Assembly: GCA_965219455.1 (NCBI GenBank)
Contig: OZ244744.1
Span: forward strand, 5,152,001-5,216,000
DNA length: 64,000 nucleotides
Source: Candidatus Latescibacterota bacterium
Lineage (GTDB): Bacteria; Latescibacterota; UBA2968; GCA-2709665
Direction of reading: 5' to 3'
In this document: positions 45,613 through 56,784 of the stretch, piece after piece
Position numbering within the stretch: position 1 is the first letter of the stretch
Layout of the letters: every line of letters starts with the position of its first letter
Program-made: the position numbers and the translations under genes
Notes under the pieces: model-generated
The model's database searches: none
What the model saw: only the letters and a program-made list of their open reading frames with translations
What the model was told of the DNA's origin: nothing

Positions 45613-48375
45613 TTATTTTCCCTCTGTCTCCGCGTTTTTCCGCAGTTGTTGAAGGGTCTTCCGCAGGCTTTCAACGGCTTCACCGTAACCCGAGAAGTCG
45701 CCCTCTCGAAGTCGGGACTGCGCCGTGTCGAACTGCTTGAGGGCGGTTTGGCTCAATATTCGTAAACCCGTCGTCGTTGTCGCAGGGTTGTGCCCGAGGT
45801 CCGGGACGGTTCCGTGACTTTCGAAGGCCAGGTTCAACGCCTCTTCGAGGTCTTCGGCCATTGCGAGTCTATCGCCGTGCGCCACCAATACCCGCTTCAG
45901 TTCGGGCATACCGCTCTGGGTGGCCCTCAGATAGAGAGGTTCAACGTAGATGAAGCCTTTTTCGATGGGAACGACGAGAAGGTTGCCACGGAGCACGTCC
46001 GAACCCCTCTGGCTCCAGAGCGTAATTTCCCGTGAGACATCCGTATCCTGATCGATACGGCGTTCGATCAGCATGGGTCCGTAAATAAGCTTTTTTTTGG
46101 GCAGCTTGTAAACCATAAGCCGGCCATAGTTGGGGCCGTCGCATCTGGCAAGGAGCCACGCGATCATGTTGGCTTTTCCGGCTGGGGTGGCTGGCAGCAT
46201 CAACACAAATTCCTCTCGCTCCGCGTCCGGCAATTTGACGATGATGTAATAAGGCGCCATAACCCGGGGACGTTCGGAAACCCCGTAAATTTCCGTGGCC
46301 GGTTCCCAGACGTCTTCACGGTTGTAAAATACCTGAGGTGAGGCCATATGGTAAGTGTTGTAGAGAGAAGCCTGGATTTCAAACAGGTCTGCAGGGTATC
46401 GAACATGGGCGCGCAGTGCCTCCGGCATGTCCTCCTTTGACCGATAGAGATCCGGGAAAATTTCCATGTAGGATCGGATGAGCGGATCGTCCGGATCCCA
46501 CACGTAGAACGTGACGGTACCATCATAGGCATCGAGGGTAGCCTTGACGGCGTTGCGGATGTAATTGGCTTCTCGCACATAGGGCCTGCCGTAAGGCTCG
46601 GCGTAGGGGTACATGTTGCTTTCCGTATAGGCGTCCTGTACCCAGACAAGTCGTCCGTTCACCGTGACGAGATAGGGGTCTTTGTCGAAACGGAGATATG
46701 GCGCCAGTTTCTGGAAACGCCTGGGGCCTTCGTCTCGAAAACGACGACCGATGTGCCGGTCGAATTGTATTCGGCTTTCGGGCTTCAGGTTCTTCGTGAC
46801 CAGCAGATACGGATCGCCAAAGCGCAGAGCGAACAGGAGCCGGCGCAAGAACGTGTTAACGGGCACGCCGCCGGTTCCGCGGTAGGTGGTGTAGGCGTTT
46901 TCGTCGCCACGAGGGTAGTCGAATTCCTCTGTTCTGGTGTTGACAATCACGTAGTCCTGCTTGGCTTCGCCATAATAGATCTCCGGGCGACCGACCTGGA
47001 TGTCCACTGACGGGCTCGGCGGAATGTCTTTGACATAGAATTCAGGAAGACCCTCTGCGCCGACTTTACTTGCCGGGCTCATGCAGAAGCCGTAACCGTG
47101 GGTGTAGACCAGGTGGCGGTTGACCCAGGTTTCCCCCTGAATTGCCAGCTGTTCTCGTGAGAATTCGCGGGCGGCCACCATCACTTGCTGGTACTCGCCG
47201 TTTATGGAATAGCGGTCCACGTCGATATTGCCGAAACGATAATAGGAACGAATTTCCTGAAGTTGGCTGTAGGTGGCGATCAGGGGCCGGCGGTCCCAGA
47301 GGGGGATGTTGCGGATGGTGGGCAGATTGTTCCGGATATCCTCGAAATCCAGATCGGCCTCCACCGGAAACGGGACTTCTTCGATTCGATCCAGCCCGTA
47401 CGCTCTCTGCGTGTGTTCGATAGTCCTGCGAATGTAGGGTTCTTCAAGTCTCAATTCGTCGGGTTTGACCACGAATTGATCAAATAGAATTGGAAAAAGC
47501 CAGCTGAGCAGAAGAATTGCCGAGAAATAAGCGCTGCCGCCATATGCGATCGGCCACCATTTCCTGTCGCGAAGGTTGTACATCAGCAGAGCGCCGAGAA
47601 GGATAGAGAGGACCATCATCAACCGGTAGGCGAATATCTGCACATGGACGTCGGTATATCCAGCGCCGAAAAAGGCGTCTTTGCGAAAGGAATAGAGAAT
47701 TTCGTATTCCTTGAGCCAGTACCACCAGGCGCAGACGAACGCGAGAATTGCCGTCAGGACCGACAGGTGGGCGCGGACAAACGGGGTGGATGACCAGCCT
47801 CGTTTTTCTTTGCGCAGTGCACGGTCCTGGTGATAGGAGAAGCTGACGAGGATGATGGTGAGGATAACGGCGAATGCCAACCAGCCTTGCACAAAGTTGT
47901 AGGCGGGGAGGCTGAAGAAGTAAAAGCTGAGATCGTTGTCGAAGACAGGGTCGGTGAATCCGAATGGAATGGGATAGAAGTAGCGCAGCAATGGCATCCA
48001 CGCCGCAGCGCCGATCAGGCCGACAGCGCCCGTTAACAGGGCTATTGTGCCGGACCAGAGGAGCAACTGACGCTTACGTCGTTCCGGCAGCACCGGTTCG
48101 TCGTCCGCAACAATGACCTCAAGAGGCATCTCACGGGTGTGTCGGCCATACTTGCGAGCAATGCAGATGTTGACCGCCGCCATGACCGCAAAGGTGGTTC
48201 CAAAAGCGACAAGGGCAAGAAGGCGGGCGAGGGCTGTGGTGACGAGAACGGATCCGAAGCCGAGATTCTGAAACCAGAGCCAGTCGGTATAAAAGAAGAC
48301 AATCAGGCGAAGGCCCGTGTATCCCAGAAGCAATCCGGCAACGGGAAGAAGAAACTTGAGAACTCGTTTTGACAT
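45613..48375 (-). CDS. UPF0182 family membrane protein
   Basis: YTDWLWF, DPVFDNDLSFY, GAGYTD, HLVYTHGYG, NYIRNAVK, YVEPLYL. Start at MSKRVLK. Confidence 0.93.
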   Translation of the reverse strand: MSKRVLKFLLPVAGLLLGYTGLRLIVFFYTDWLWFQNLGFGSVLVTTALARLLALVAFGTTFAVMAAVNICIARKYGRHTREMPLEVIVADDEPVLPERRKRQLLLWSGTIALLTGAVGLIGAAAWMPLLRYFYPIPFGFTDPVFDNDLSFYFFSLPAYNFVQGWLAFAVILTIILVSFSYHQDRALRKEKRGWSSTPFVRAHLSVLTAILAFVCAWWYWLKEYEILYSFRKDAFFGAGYTDVHVQIFAYRLMMVLSILLGALLMYNLRDRKWWPIAYGGSAYFSAILLLSWLFPILFDQFVVKPDELRLEEPYIRRTIEHTQRAYGLDRIEEVPFPVEADLDFEDIRNNLPTIRNIPLWDRRPLIATYSQLQEIRSYYRFGNIDVDRYSINGEYQQVMVAAREFSREQLAIQGETWVNRHLVYTHGYGFCMSPASKVGAEGLPEFYVKDIPPSPSVDIQVGRPEIYYGEAKQDYVIVNTRTEEFDYPRGDENAYTTYRGTGGVPVNTFLRRLLFALRFGDPYLLVTKNLKPESRIQFDRHIGRRFRDEGPRRFQKLAPYLRFDKDPYLVTVNGRLVWVQDAYTESNMYPYAEPYGRPYVREANYIRNAVKATLDAYDGTVTFYVWDPDDPLIRSYMEIFPDLYRSKEDMPEALRAHVRYPADLFEIQASLYNTYHMASPQVFYNREDVWEPATEIYGVSERPRVMAPYYIIVKLPDAEREEFVLMLPATPAGKANMIAWLLARCDGPNYGRLMVYKLPKKKLIYGPMLIERRIDQDTDVSREITLWSQRGSDVLRGNLLVVPIEKGFIYVEPLYLRATQSGMPELKRVLVAHGDRLAMAEDLEEALNLAFESHGTVPDLGHNPATTTTGLRILSQTALKQFDTAQSRLREGDFSGYGEAVESLRKTLQQLRKNAETEGK

Positions 48376-48701
48376 GGTTTGTGGTTGTGTCTTCGTTAAG
48401 GAGGAAACTTTCTCTAGCTTATGAAATATAAGCAGGATAAATAATCCGAACAAGCGGATTCTCCCGGAAACGGGAGCCAACGCTGGAAAACCCTTGACAA
48501 TTTTCGCAAGGATGATATCATATGTTGCTCTGAAAGTTTCTCGGCGCGTGGAGCATCCGTGGAGGAGCGAGACGCAACGTGCATCCGTGTTATTTGACGA
48601 CAACAGTCGTCTGAATTACATCGCTACCCCGCCAGAATAAGATATTCCGCTGAGACAGATGTGTCATTTGAACACCCTAACCGAAAGGGTTAGCGTCAGG
48701 T

Positions 48702-50069
48702 ATGGAAACCGCAGGCGTCGATGTTGCCGACGGGGCTATGGCAGACGTGGCTGAAATGGAGGCTGCATTTGCACATCGCCGGTTACGCAGGGATGCGTTC
48801 TGGAAGTCGATCCCGGCATACGCGAATGTGGACGCAGAAACGTTTCACTCACACCATTTTCAAGCCCGAAATTCACCAACGAGCGTGGAGAGTCTGCTAG
48901 AAGTCCTTGGCGGACTCGTCGGGCCGGGCTTTTACGAAGACTTGCGCGACGGGTTACGTTGGGCTCCGATGAGCATACGGATTTCGCCTTATATCCTGAG
49001 CCTGATTGACTGGAATGATCCGTACGAGGATCCGCTGCGGACCCAGTTTTTGCCTTTGGCCTCGCAGCAGTTGCCGGATCACCCCGAGCTTTACCTGGAT
49101 TCACTGAACGAACAGGGCGATTCTCCCGTTCCCGGGCTTACCCACCGATATCCCGACAGGGCACTTTTTCTAACGTTGGATACCTGTCCGGTCTACTGCC
49201 GTTTCTGCACGCGCAGCTACGCCGTGGGGCTCGATACGGATGGCGTGGAAAAGGTGCATCTGAGCGCCAATAAGAGACGCTGGAGTCAGGTGTTCGATTA
49301 CTTGAGGTCGCGCCCCGAGGTTGAAGATGTCGTGGTCAGCGGCGGCGACGTATACAATCTCAGGGCGGCGCAGATCCGGGAGGTGGGCGAAACCCTGTTG
49401 GACATATCGCATATTCGGCGGTTTCGATTCGCTACCAAGGGTCCTGCGGTCATGCCGGGGAAGATCTTGAGCGATGTCGAATGGGTGGATGCGCTCGTAG
49501 GTGTGGTGGACAGGGGGCGCATAATGCACAAGGAAGTTGTAATGCATACCCATTTCAACCATCCCAATGAAATAACCGGCGTCACGCAGGATGCGATGGA
49601 ACTGCTGATGGAGCGGGGCGTAACGGTACGGAATCAGGCCGTGCTTCAGCGAGGCGTTAACGACGACGCGCTGACAATGCAGCAACTGGTGAAGCGGTTG
49701 AGTTACCTGAATGTACAGCCCTATTATGTATTTTTCCACGATCTGGTGCAAGGGGTCGAGGATCTGCGGACAACGCTGCGCGCCGGTCTTGAAATTGAGA
49801 AGACCCTCCGGGGTACGACGTCCGGATTCAACACGCCAACATTCATTGTGGACACATTGGGCGGCGGCGGAAAGCGAGACGGGCATTCCTACGAACACTA
49901 CAATGAAGATACGGGCATTGCGGTATTTTCGAGTCCCACCGTGCGGCCAGGAGAGCTTTTTTTCTATTTTGATCCCATCGACTGTCTGGCGCCCGATATT
50001 CAAAAGCGCTGGATGGATTCAAATGAAAAACAGTCGATGATGGATGAAGCACTTGCGGTGGTCCGGTAG
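48702..50069 (+). CDS. KamA family radical SAM aminomutase
   Basis: THRYPD, CPVYCRFCTR, SGGD, HFNHPNE, GGGGK. Confidence 0.9.
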   Translation: METAGVDVADGAMADVAEMEAAFAHRRLRRDAFWKSIPAYANVDAETFHSHHFQARNSPTSVESLLEVLGGLVGPGFYEDLRDGLRWAPMSIRISPYILSLIDWNDPYEDPLRTQFLPLASQQLPDHPELYLDSLNEQGDSPVPGLTHRYPDRALFLTLDTCPVYCRFCTRSYAVGLDTDGVEKVHLSANKRRWSQVFDYLRSRPEVEDVVVSGGDVYNLRAAQIREVGETLLDISHIRRFRFATKGPAVMPGKILSDVEWVDALVGVVDRGRIMHKEVVMHTHFNHPNEITGVTQDAMELLMERGVTVRNQAVLQRGVNDDALTMQQLVKRLSYLNVQPYYVFFHDLVQGVEDLRTTLRAGLEIEKTLRGTTSGFNTPTFIVDTLGGGGKRDGHSYEHYNEDTGIAVFSSPTVRPGELFFYFDPIDCLAPDIQKRWMDSNEKQSMMDEALAVVR

Positions 50070-50089
50070 CGTTCTGTCTGGTTGCGCCG

Positions 50090-50634
50090 GTTGACATCGA
50101 GGACGCGGACATGGCCGTCCAGGCGGCGGAAAGGATGATTCGCACCCACGGGGTTGTCGTACTCATTGGTCCCAATCGCTCGACCCATGCGGTGGCGGTG
50201 GGCACAGTCGCAAAACGCATCCGGAGAGCCAGCGATCTTTCTCGGGGCCGACGCGTGGGACAATCCGGCGCTTCTGACGGGTGCGACCGCTGAGGTGGAG
50301 GGAAGGCTACTTCAGCGGTCACTTTTCATCCCATACGGACGAACCGGGCGCACGGGCGTTTATCGATGCCTACGAAGCCGCCTACGGGACCGTGCCCGGG
50401 GGTGGAGACGCGGTGAGTTACGATGCGGTCAAGCTGTTTCTGGAGGCGGTGGACCGGGCGGGAAGATTCGATGCCGAGGCGATACGAGACGAGTTGGCGG
50501 CAACACGGGACTTTTCGGGTGCAACGCGCATCGCAAGTTACAACGAAAGCCGTCATCCAACCAAAAGCGCGGTAATCCTGACCATCAGGAACGGCGAGAT
50601 ACGGTTTTTCAAGGAGATTGATCCGGGTCAGTAA
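50090..50634 (+). pseudogene. Degraded branched-chain amino acid ABC substrate-binding protein
   Basis: Homologous-looking pieces in three frames (VVVLIGPNRS; FLGADAWD; AFIDAYEAAYG..YDAV..), no N-terminus. Confidence 0.7.
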
Positions 50635-50664
50635 CGTAATGACGGCGTCCGGCGCCCGACATTC

Positions 50665-51339
50665 TCAGGAGTCAAAGGGGATGGAGTCGGGGATACCGGC
50701 CGTCTTGAAAGCCTCCAGACGGAGGATGCAGCTATCGCAGCGACCGCAGGCGCGGTCGCTGCTTCTATAGCATGACCAGGTGAGGTGAAGTGGGGCGCCC
50801 AGTTCCACACCCAGTCGGACGATCTGGTGCTTTTTGAGGTGGATAACAGGAGCGAGGATTCTTATATGGGATTCGGGGCGAGTACCCGTATCAACCGCCC
50901 GGGCGAACGCGTCACAAAACGCTCGCGTACAGTCGGGATACCCTGAACTGTCTTCTTCGACAGCGCCCAGATACACACTCGTGGCGCCAAAGGATTCGGC
51001 CCAGGAAACGCCCATGCTGAGGAAAAGGGCATTTCGAAAGGGCACATATGTAACTGGGATGTCCTTCCGGTCGATGTTGGCGTCGGGAACGGGAACGTTG
51101 CGGTCCGTCAGCGCCGAGCCGCCGATTTGTTGGAGTGCGTCCGTTCGGGCAGTGAGGCGACGGCGTTTAGGTACACGGTAATAGTCGGCGATATCGCGGA
51201 ACGCACGGTGTTCCCTGGCGTTTGTGCGGTGGCCGTAGTCGAGGAAAAAAAGAGCAAGGTCGTAATTCTGTCGGGCGACAGCTGCGGTAACGCAGCTGTC
51301 CAACCCGCCACTGAGCAGGACAACGGCAATCTGTTTCAC
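50665..51339 (-). CDS. queC: 7-cyano-7-deazaguanine synthase
   Basis: LLSGGLDS, TYVPFRN, SGYPDC, TWSCY..CGRCDSC. Confidence 0.95.
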   Translation of the reverse strand: MKQIAVVLLSGGLDSCVTAAVARQNYDLALFFLDYGHRTNAREHRAFRDIADYYRVPKRRRLTARTDALQQIGGSALTDRNVPVPDANIDRKDIPVTYVPFRNALFLSMGVSWAESFGATSVYLGAVEEDSSGYPDCTRAFCDAFARAVDTGTRPESHIRILAPVIHLKKHQIVRLGVELGAPLHLTWSCYRSSDRACGRCDSCILRLEAFKTAGIPDSIPFDS

Positions 51340-54300
51340 ACGCCTCTCACGGTTGCAACCGTCCGCTTCATGTATGCCGCCAGATCGTCTATTAGCGAGT
51401 ACATGGTCGGCAGGATGACCAGCGTGAGAATGGTCGAGACCATCAGCCCCGAAATAACCACAAATCCTATCGGGCCCCAGCGACGCGCGGTTCCTTCCGC
51501 CGTGCCATAGATCATTGGCAAAACCAGGGGCGTCAGGCCCAGAATAGTTGTGGTCGCGGTCATCAGGATAGGACGCAATCGGTCCTGCCCGCCTCGGATA
51601 ATGGCGTCGCGACGGTACAGGCCCTGTTTCCGATAGCGGTTGATATGGTCGACCAGGACGATGCCGTTGTTCACAACGATGCCGAAAAGTATGAGCAGAC
51701 CATAGGTTGCGTTACTGTCCATGGGGATATTGAAGGCATATAGACCGAAAGAGACCCCGATGAAGGCGAAGCAAATGGAAAACATAATTGTAAAGGGGTG
51801 TGCGTAGGACTCGAACAGGGCGGCCATGATCATATAGACCAGTAGCGCCGCGAAGATCATGGTGAGGTTGGTTTCTCCCTGTTCCTGGTTCATCCAGCGA
51901 AAGCGCCGGTCCATTTGCCACGAGTACCCTGCCGGTAGCGGCATCACGCGCATCCGTCTGCTCATTTCACGGCCAACGGAGAAGACGGCCTGCTGTTCCG
52001 TGTTGGCAAACACGGTCAGCGTGGACATCCGGTTCTCGCGTTCGAGCGCCTGAGGACCCTTACTGACGCGGAAATCCGCCAGGCTGGCGAACGAGACCAT
52101 ATTTCCCGTGTCGCTCTCAAAGTACGTGTTTCTGAGTTGCTCCAGGGTGGCTCGGTCCTCTTCCTTGAGTTGAACGGCAATGTCGATTTCCCCGTTCTCG
52201 GTCTTGAACTTGCTATTGCCCCGGGTTCCCAGCGCACTGGCAACCGTGGTGGCAACCTGCCAGGGTGTAAGCCCATACCGCCTGGCACGGCGGCGGTTGA
52301 TGGTTACCTGGATTTCTTCGTTTCCGGATTCCAGGCTGGTTTCGACTTCGTGTACCCCGCGGATGTCCTGAAGCCGCAGGCGGATGTCCTCTGCCAGCAT
52401 AGCGAGTACGTCCGGGTTTCGGCCCTTGATTTCAACGCCGGCTCCGGTGGAACTGCTACCCCAGGTTCTTCCCGACTTGAACCTCACGCCTGGGATATCC
52501 GTCGGCAACAGGCCTTTGACCTTGCGTTTGACCTCGTCGGTGGAGAGGCGGCCTTTGTCGGGAGGAACCAGATAGAGCGTGATGCGATTGCTTCTCCGGT
52601 CGCTGAACCGGCTGCTCATGGCCGCGATGTCCAGGTTGTCCTTTTGTGGCAGCAGGATGCCCTCGACCCGTCCAAAGAGCGCCAGCGCATCCTGGATGTC
52701 GTAGCTTCGCGGCAATTCGACGGAAATATCAACCCGTCGGGTGGGTTGCCACCTGTAGGGTTGCTTGTCAATCTGAGTGTAGAAATAGACTCCCGCGCCA
52801 AGCAGCGCGCACGCGGTTGCAACCGTGGTCCATCTGTAGCGAAGCGTCGTAACGACGAGACGGGAATAAAGGGCCTTGATTCCACCGGCCGCACGGGAGA
52901 AATGAAACAGGCTCACGACACCCGCGGCCACAAGCGCCAGAAACAGCCACGCCCCGGCCGGTATGCCAGCCAGACCGGCCAACAAGCCGTTTGCGCCATC
53001 CCACAGCCAGGTGGCGATTTCTGTTGCACCCTCGGCGTAGACCTTGTAAGCGGCGAAGCTCAGGAACAGAAGCAACAGCGCGACCTTCAGCCAGCGGTCC
53101 AGGTGCGAGGGGCTGTCTTTGAAAGCCCGCGACGCCGCCAGAGGGATCAGGGAAAGCGCAACGCAAAAGGACGCGCCAACGGAAATGCACACCGTGAGGG
53201 CAAAGTCCCGCATAAAAAGGGCGCTGCGAGAGTCGGCGACAAATATGATGGGCACAAAGACACAGATCGTCGTCAGCGAGGCGGCAAGAACCGGAATTCC
53301 GATCTCACGGCTTCCATCCAGAGCAGCGTCCCAGGGCGTCCGGCCCTCATCGTAGCGCTTCCTGAAGATGTTCTCCAAAGCAACAACCGCAGGGTCGACA
53401 AGCATTCCGATGGCGACCATCAGGCCCATCATCGACATCAGATTGAGCGTTATATTGGAGCCAAAGACCTGGCGGATCACGTACATCACCATAAAGACGG
53501 CGACGGCGGAAATTGGGATGGCGGATCCGATGATGAGGGTGCTGCGGAAGTTTCGTAGAAAGACAAAGATGACACATATGGCCAGCAGACCGCCCATCAC
53601 GGCGGACTGCGTGAGACTTTGAATGCCCGTGGTGACGTCAAGCGATCGGTCCCGGATGGCCTGCGCCCGGAGCTTGTCGCCTCCAATGTCTTTCTGGATG
53701 CGCTCGAATTCGGCCTTGACCCGGTCAGCAGTCGCCACCAGGTTGGCTGAGGAGGACTTGCGGATGGCAATCGTCACTGCGTCCCGCCCGTCCAGGCGTT
53801 CGAAGTCCTCTTCTTCCGGAAAGTCGTAGGTGACGTCTGCCACGTCGCCGACTTCTACGCCTGTGCCCAGCGGGAGGTGCCGGATCTGGTCGACATTTTC
53901 AAATTCTCCGATCGTGCGTGCCGCAAGGCGTTTCTCGGCTTCGTTGACGTATCCGGCGGAAATATTGACGTTATTGGCGCTGATCGCCCTGTTGAGCGTG
54001 CGGATGTCCAGATTGTGTGTATGCAACAGGTTCTGGTCGACTTCAATTAGCAGATCTCTCTCTCGCAGGCCCCGTACCTCCACGCTGCCAACGCCTTCAA
54101 GTCGCTGCACGCGTGGAAGAATGGTGTATTCGTAAACGCTTGCCAACTCGTTTGGATCTTGACCCTGCCAACTCAGCGCGTAGGTCAGCACCGGGAAATC
54201 TTCGGTGTTCCACCTGCGTATCGTGACGCGTTCGACGTCGTCGGGAAGGTCGTTTCGAACCTGATCGAGACGATCCCGCACGTGGACCGCCATGAGGTCC

Positions 54301-54602
54301 ATGTCGGTATTGAGTTCGAACTCCAACCGCACGTAGCCCCGATTGGCGTAAGACCGTGAGCTCAGTGTCTTCACATGGGAGAGTGTACCCATCACCTCTT
54401 CCAGGGGCCTGACAATCTCTCTCTCGATTTCCTCGGGCGAAGAAGAAGGGTAGTCGACATTGACGTACATAACGGGGAACGTAATGTCCGGCAGGTACTC
54501 GAGGGGCAGGCGAAAGAGGGAAATAATGCCGAGGACCACGACGCTGATGGTAACCATCACCGTGGTGATGGGCTTATGTATGGCGTATTCGGAGATTTTC
54601 AT
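51336..54602 (-). CDS. RND efflux transporter permease (AcrB family)
   Basis: SPEEIE, IGMLVDPAVVALENI, GIVVNNGIVLVD, RLRPILMT. Confidence 0.93.
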   Translation of the reverse strand: MKISEYAIHKPITTVMVTISVVVLGIISLFRLPLEYLPDITFPVMYVNVDYPSSSPEEIEREIVRPLEEVMGTLSHVKTLSSRSYANRGYVRLEFELNTDMDLMAVHVRDRLDQVRNDLPDDVERVTIRRWNTEDFPVLTYALSWQGQDPNELASVYEYTILPRVQRLEGVGSVEVRGLRERDLLIEVDQNLLHTHNLDIRTLNRAISANNVNISAGYVNEAEKRLAARTIGEFENVDQIRHLPLGTGVEVGDVADVTYDFPEEEDFERLDGRDAVTIAIRKSSSANLVATADRVKAEFERIQKDIGGDKLRAQAIRDRSLDVTTGIQSLTQSAVMGGLLAICVIFVFLRNFRSTLIIGSAIPISAVAVFMVMYVIRQVFGSNITLNLMSMMGLMVAIGMLVDPAVVALENIFRKRYDEGRTPWDAALDGSREIGIPVLAASLTTICVFVPIIFVADSRSALFMRDFALTVCISVGASFCVALSLIPLAASRAFKDSPSHLDRWLKVALLLLFLSFAAYKVYAEGATEIATWLWDGANGLLAGLAGIPAGAWLFLALVAAGVVSLFHFSRAAGGIKALYSRLVVTTLRYRWTTVATACALLGAGVYFYTQIDKQPYRWQPTRRVDISVELPRSYDIQDALALFGRVEGILLPQKDNLDIAAMSSRFSDRRSNRITLYLVPPDKGRLSTDEVKRKVKGLLPTDIPGVRFKSGRTWGSSSTGAGVEIKGRNPDVLAMLAEDIRLRLQDIRGVHEVETSLESGNEEIQVTINRRRARRYGLTPWQVATTVASALGTRGNSKFKTENGEIDIAVQLKEEDRATLEQLRNTYFESDTGNMVSFASLADFRVSKGPQALERENRMSTLTVFANTEQQAVFSVGREMSRRMRVMPLPAGYSWQMDRRFRWMNQEQGETNLTMIFAALLVYMIMAALFESYAHPFTIMFSICFAFIGVSFGLYAFNIPMDSNATYGLLILFGIVVNNGIVLVDHINRYRKQGLYRRDAIIRGGQDRLRPILMTATTTILGLTPLVLPMIYGTAEGTARRWGPIGFVVISGLMVSTILTLVILPTMYSLIDDLAAYMKRTVATVRGV

Positions 54603-54764
54603 AGAGTAACGATTTCCTTCTACACGAACACCCGTGCTGGAGTCCGCACGTGGCGTGAATCAGAAATCCGTTGCCGAATACTTCTGTGGCCGGACATCCC
54701 CGTTGAGGCCGTTCCGTACCGACAAATTTCGGGCTCTGATCCCGCGGCTTCCGTTATCCGGGCC

Positions 54765-56615
54765 CTAATTATCGTCTTCCCGTTCGCTCAACATATCGCC
54801 GCGCTGGAGCCGTTCCGCGTTTTCGGTCGACCAGAGAATGGCTTTCATGACCTTCTGGGCGGTGATGTAGCGGGTGGCCGCAAGCAGGTGCATGCGTTTT
54901 TCTTCCGGGTCGTCCGTAAGGTCGAAGTGACGAAAGGCCGCTTCCAGGACCTGGAACATATGGAGCTCGGCATCTTCCCGCAGCATAATGTGGGCAAGGG
55001 CGTGTTTAAGGAGGGTAATGTCGCGTCCCTCCTCCAGGTACTGGTTCACGAGTATTTCGGCTTCGTAGACTTTCTGAAAGTCCGCGAATTCCTGTAGCCT
55101 GGCGAGCATCTGGGCCTCGGAGTCAAACGTGCCGTTCAGACGCTGACCGGGTTTCGGTACGCGGGCCGCCGGCATGTTGAGCCAGCGCAAATAGGTGAGA
55201 AATACGGCGCCATGGAAGATGCCGCGAAGCAGATCCCTGGACGGGGCGCGTTGAAAAGCGCAATATAGGGCATGGGAGTAGGAATAAATATTGGCCACGT
55301 CGTGCCAGTCGCCTTCGTTTTTCAGATGAAAGCGAGCAGTGCGTATGGCACTGGCGTAGACCATGGATCTGCATATTTGCGCGGGGTCGACCCCCTGCCG
55401 AAGAAGTGTTTCAATTTCCGAGACAATGGGCGCGACCTCTTCACCCAGAAGAACCTGGGTAAAAGCCGAAGTGTCGACGATCGCTTCGTTTTCCCGGTTT
55501 TCCTGCCAGATGTCGTCCAGCCGCGTGAAAATGTCTTCCAGGATCGGCACGCTGTCCTGCCAGCGGGCCGTCTCCTCGTGGCGCGTGCGGGTGATGAGGT
55601 CGATGACGATGGGGCGCAGGATTTCGCTTGCCCCTTGCCAATCGACATAGTCGAGGGCTTCGAAAAGCTTGTTGGCAAAGTCCAGCGCGTGGCCGTCCCC
55701 CGTGAAATAGTAGTCGGTCGCACCGGTGAAGACCGCGTCGGCGATGGCCGACTTGGGAAAGCCGCGGTCGTTCAGAGTGATCAGTATTCGCTGGGCCGCG
55801 TTGCTGTTCCGTTGTTCCACCAGACGCCTGAACCAGCGTTTGTAGGTTGCCAGATCCGGTTCGTCTGTTGCTTTGGGCAATGGAAAGCCCTGTCGGCGGG
55901 ACCCTCCGGTGGAGCGCCGGGAGATTTGCACGAGGCCATGAACGAGGAATAGATTGTGGTCACGGTCGGCGATGTCGTGCCAGAGGTTCGCGCACAGCGT
56001 CAGGATGGCGAGACCTGAGGAGTAGCCTTCGGTGGTTTTGTACGACCCGTAGAACAGGCCCTGCTGGATGATTTCCTGCGGCGACGCGCCCGCGTGGCGC
56101 AGGGCGGTCACGCCCTTGGCAATAATGAGTGAACTTCGATCCTTCAATCCCTGTTCGAGGATATACCTGCCACGGTCAATCATTCTCTGGCGGGCGGCTT
56201 GCCGTTCATCGGCGGCCATGCCGATGTAGAGGAAACCGTTTTCTCTCACTTCCACGGGAAAGCTCTTCAGATCGTTTCCCGAACCCGACGTTTCGAAACA
56301 GCCTCCGGTCTTGAGATCGAATTCCCAGTGATGCCAGTGGCAGATCAGCACGCCGTCTCGGACGCTGCCTTTGGACATTGGATAACCCATATGAGGACAG
56401 CGGTTGTCCACGGCCTGAAACTCGCCGTTGTAAAGGAAAACGGCGATGTGGGAGCCATTGACGGTAAAGGGTTTGCCTTCGCCCTCCTTGAATTCGTCGA
56501 CCCGGCAGAGCCGGTGGTAGACGAGGCTATCCAGATCGATATCGTCCATGGGCGCCTGCGGGATCAATTCCCCGTCGAGCGAGGCCGACGCCGAGCCGTG
56601 TGCGGTGGTATTCAT
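54765..56615 (-). CDS. Rieske [2Fe-2S] domain protein with long helical C-terminal region
   Basis: NRCPHMGYP...CHWHHWEFDLKTG. Confidence 0.85.
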   Translation of the reverse strand: MNTTAHGSASASLDGELIPQAPMDDIDLDSLVYHRLCRVDEFKEGEGKPFTVNGSHIAVFLYNGEFQAVDNRCPHMGYPMSKGSVRDGVLICHWHHWEFDLKTGGCFETSGSGNDLKSFPVEVRENGFLYIGMAADERQAARQRMIDRGRYILEQGLKDRSSLIIAKGVTALRHAGASPQEIIQQGLFYGSYKTTEGYSSGLAILTLCANLWHDIADRDHNLFLVHGLVQISRRSTGGSRRQGFPLPKATDEPDLATYKRWFRRLVEQRNSNAAQRILITLNDRGFPKSAIADAVFTGATDYYFTGDGHALDFANKLFEALDYVDWQGASEILRPIVIDLITRTRHEETARWQDSVPILEDIFTRLDDIWQENRENEAIVDTSAFTQVLLGEEVAPIVSEIETLLRQGVDPAQICRSMVYASAIRTARFHLKNEGDWHDVANIYSYSHALYCAFQRAPSRDLLRGIFHGAVFLTYLRWLNMPAARVPKPGQRLNGTFDSEAQMLARLQEFADFQKVYEAEILVNQYLEEGRDITLLKHALAHIMLREDAELHMFQVLEAAFRHFDLTDDPEEKRMHLLAATRYITAQKVMKAILWSTENAERLQRGDMLSEREDDN

Positions 56616-56784
56616 CGGAACATCTCCTGTGGTTCAAAATGACGGTTACGGGTATCCGTGGAAAATATACGACTGTATGTCAAGTATGGCAATGGGTAAT
56701 CGGCGATCAGAAAGTCCCTGGCGAACCCGTCCGTGAATGCCTGGAACGCGGGCGGCCCCGGACCTTCCGGCCGGACAGCTGCGA

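Noticed and set aside
48604-48701. Riboswitch upstream of kamA-like gene
   Set aside because: Only a single small hairpin (CTAACC-GAAAG-GGTTAG); no recognisable lysine or SAM riboswitch consensus.
50665-51339. queC as part of a Dpd/QatABCD-type defence system
   Set aside because: It is a canonical short QueC in a housekeeping context 22 kb from the island, with no dpdA or qat partners.
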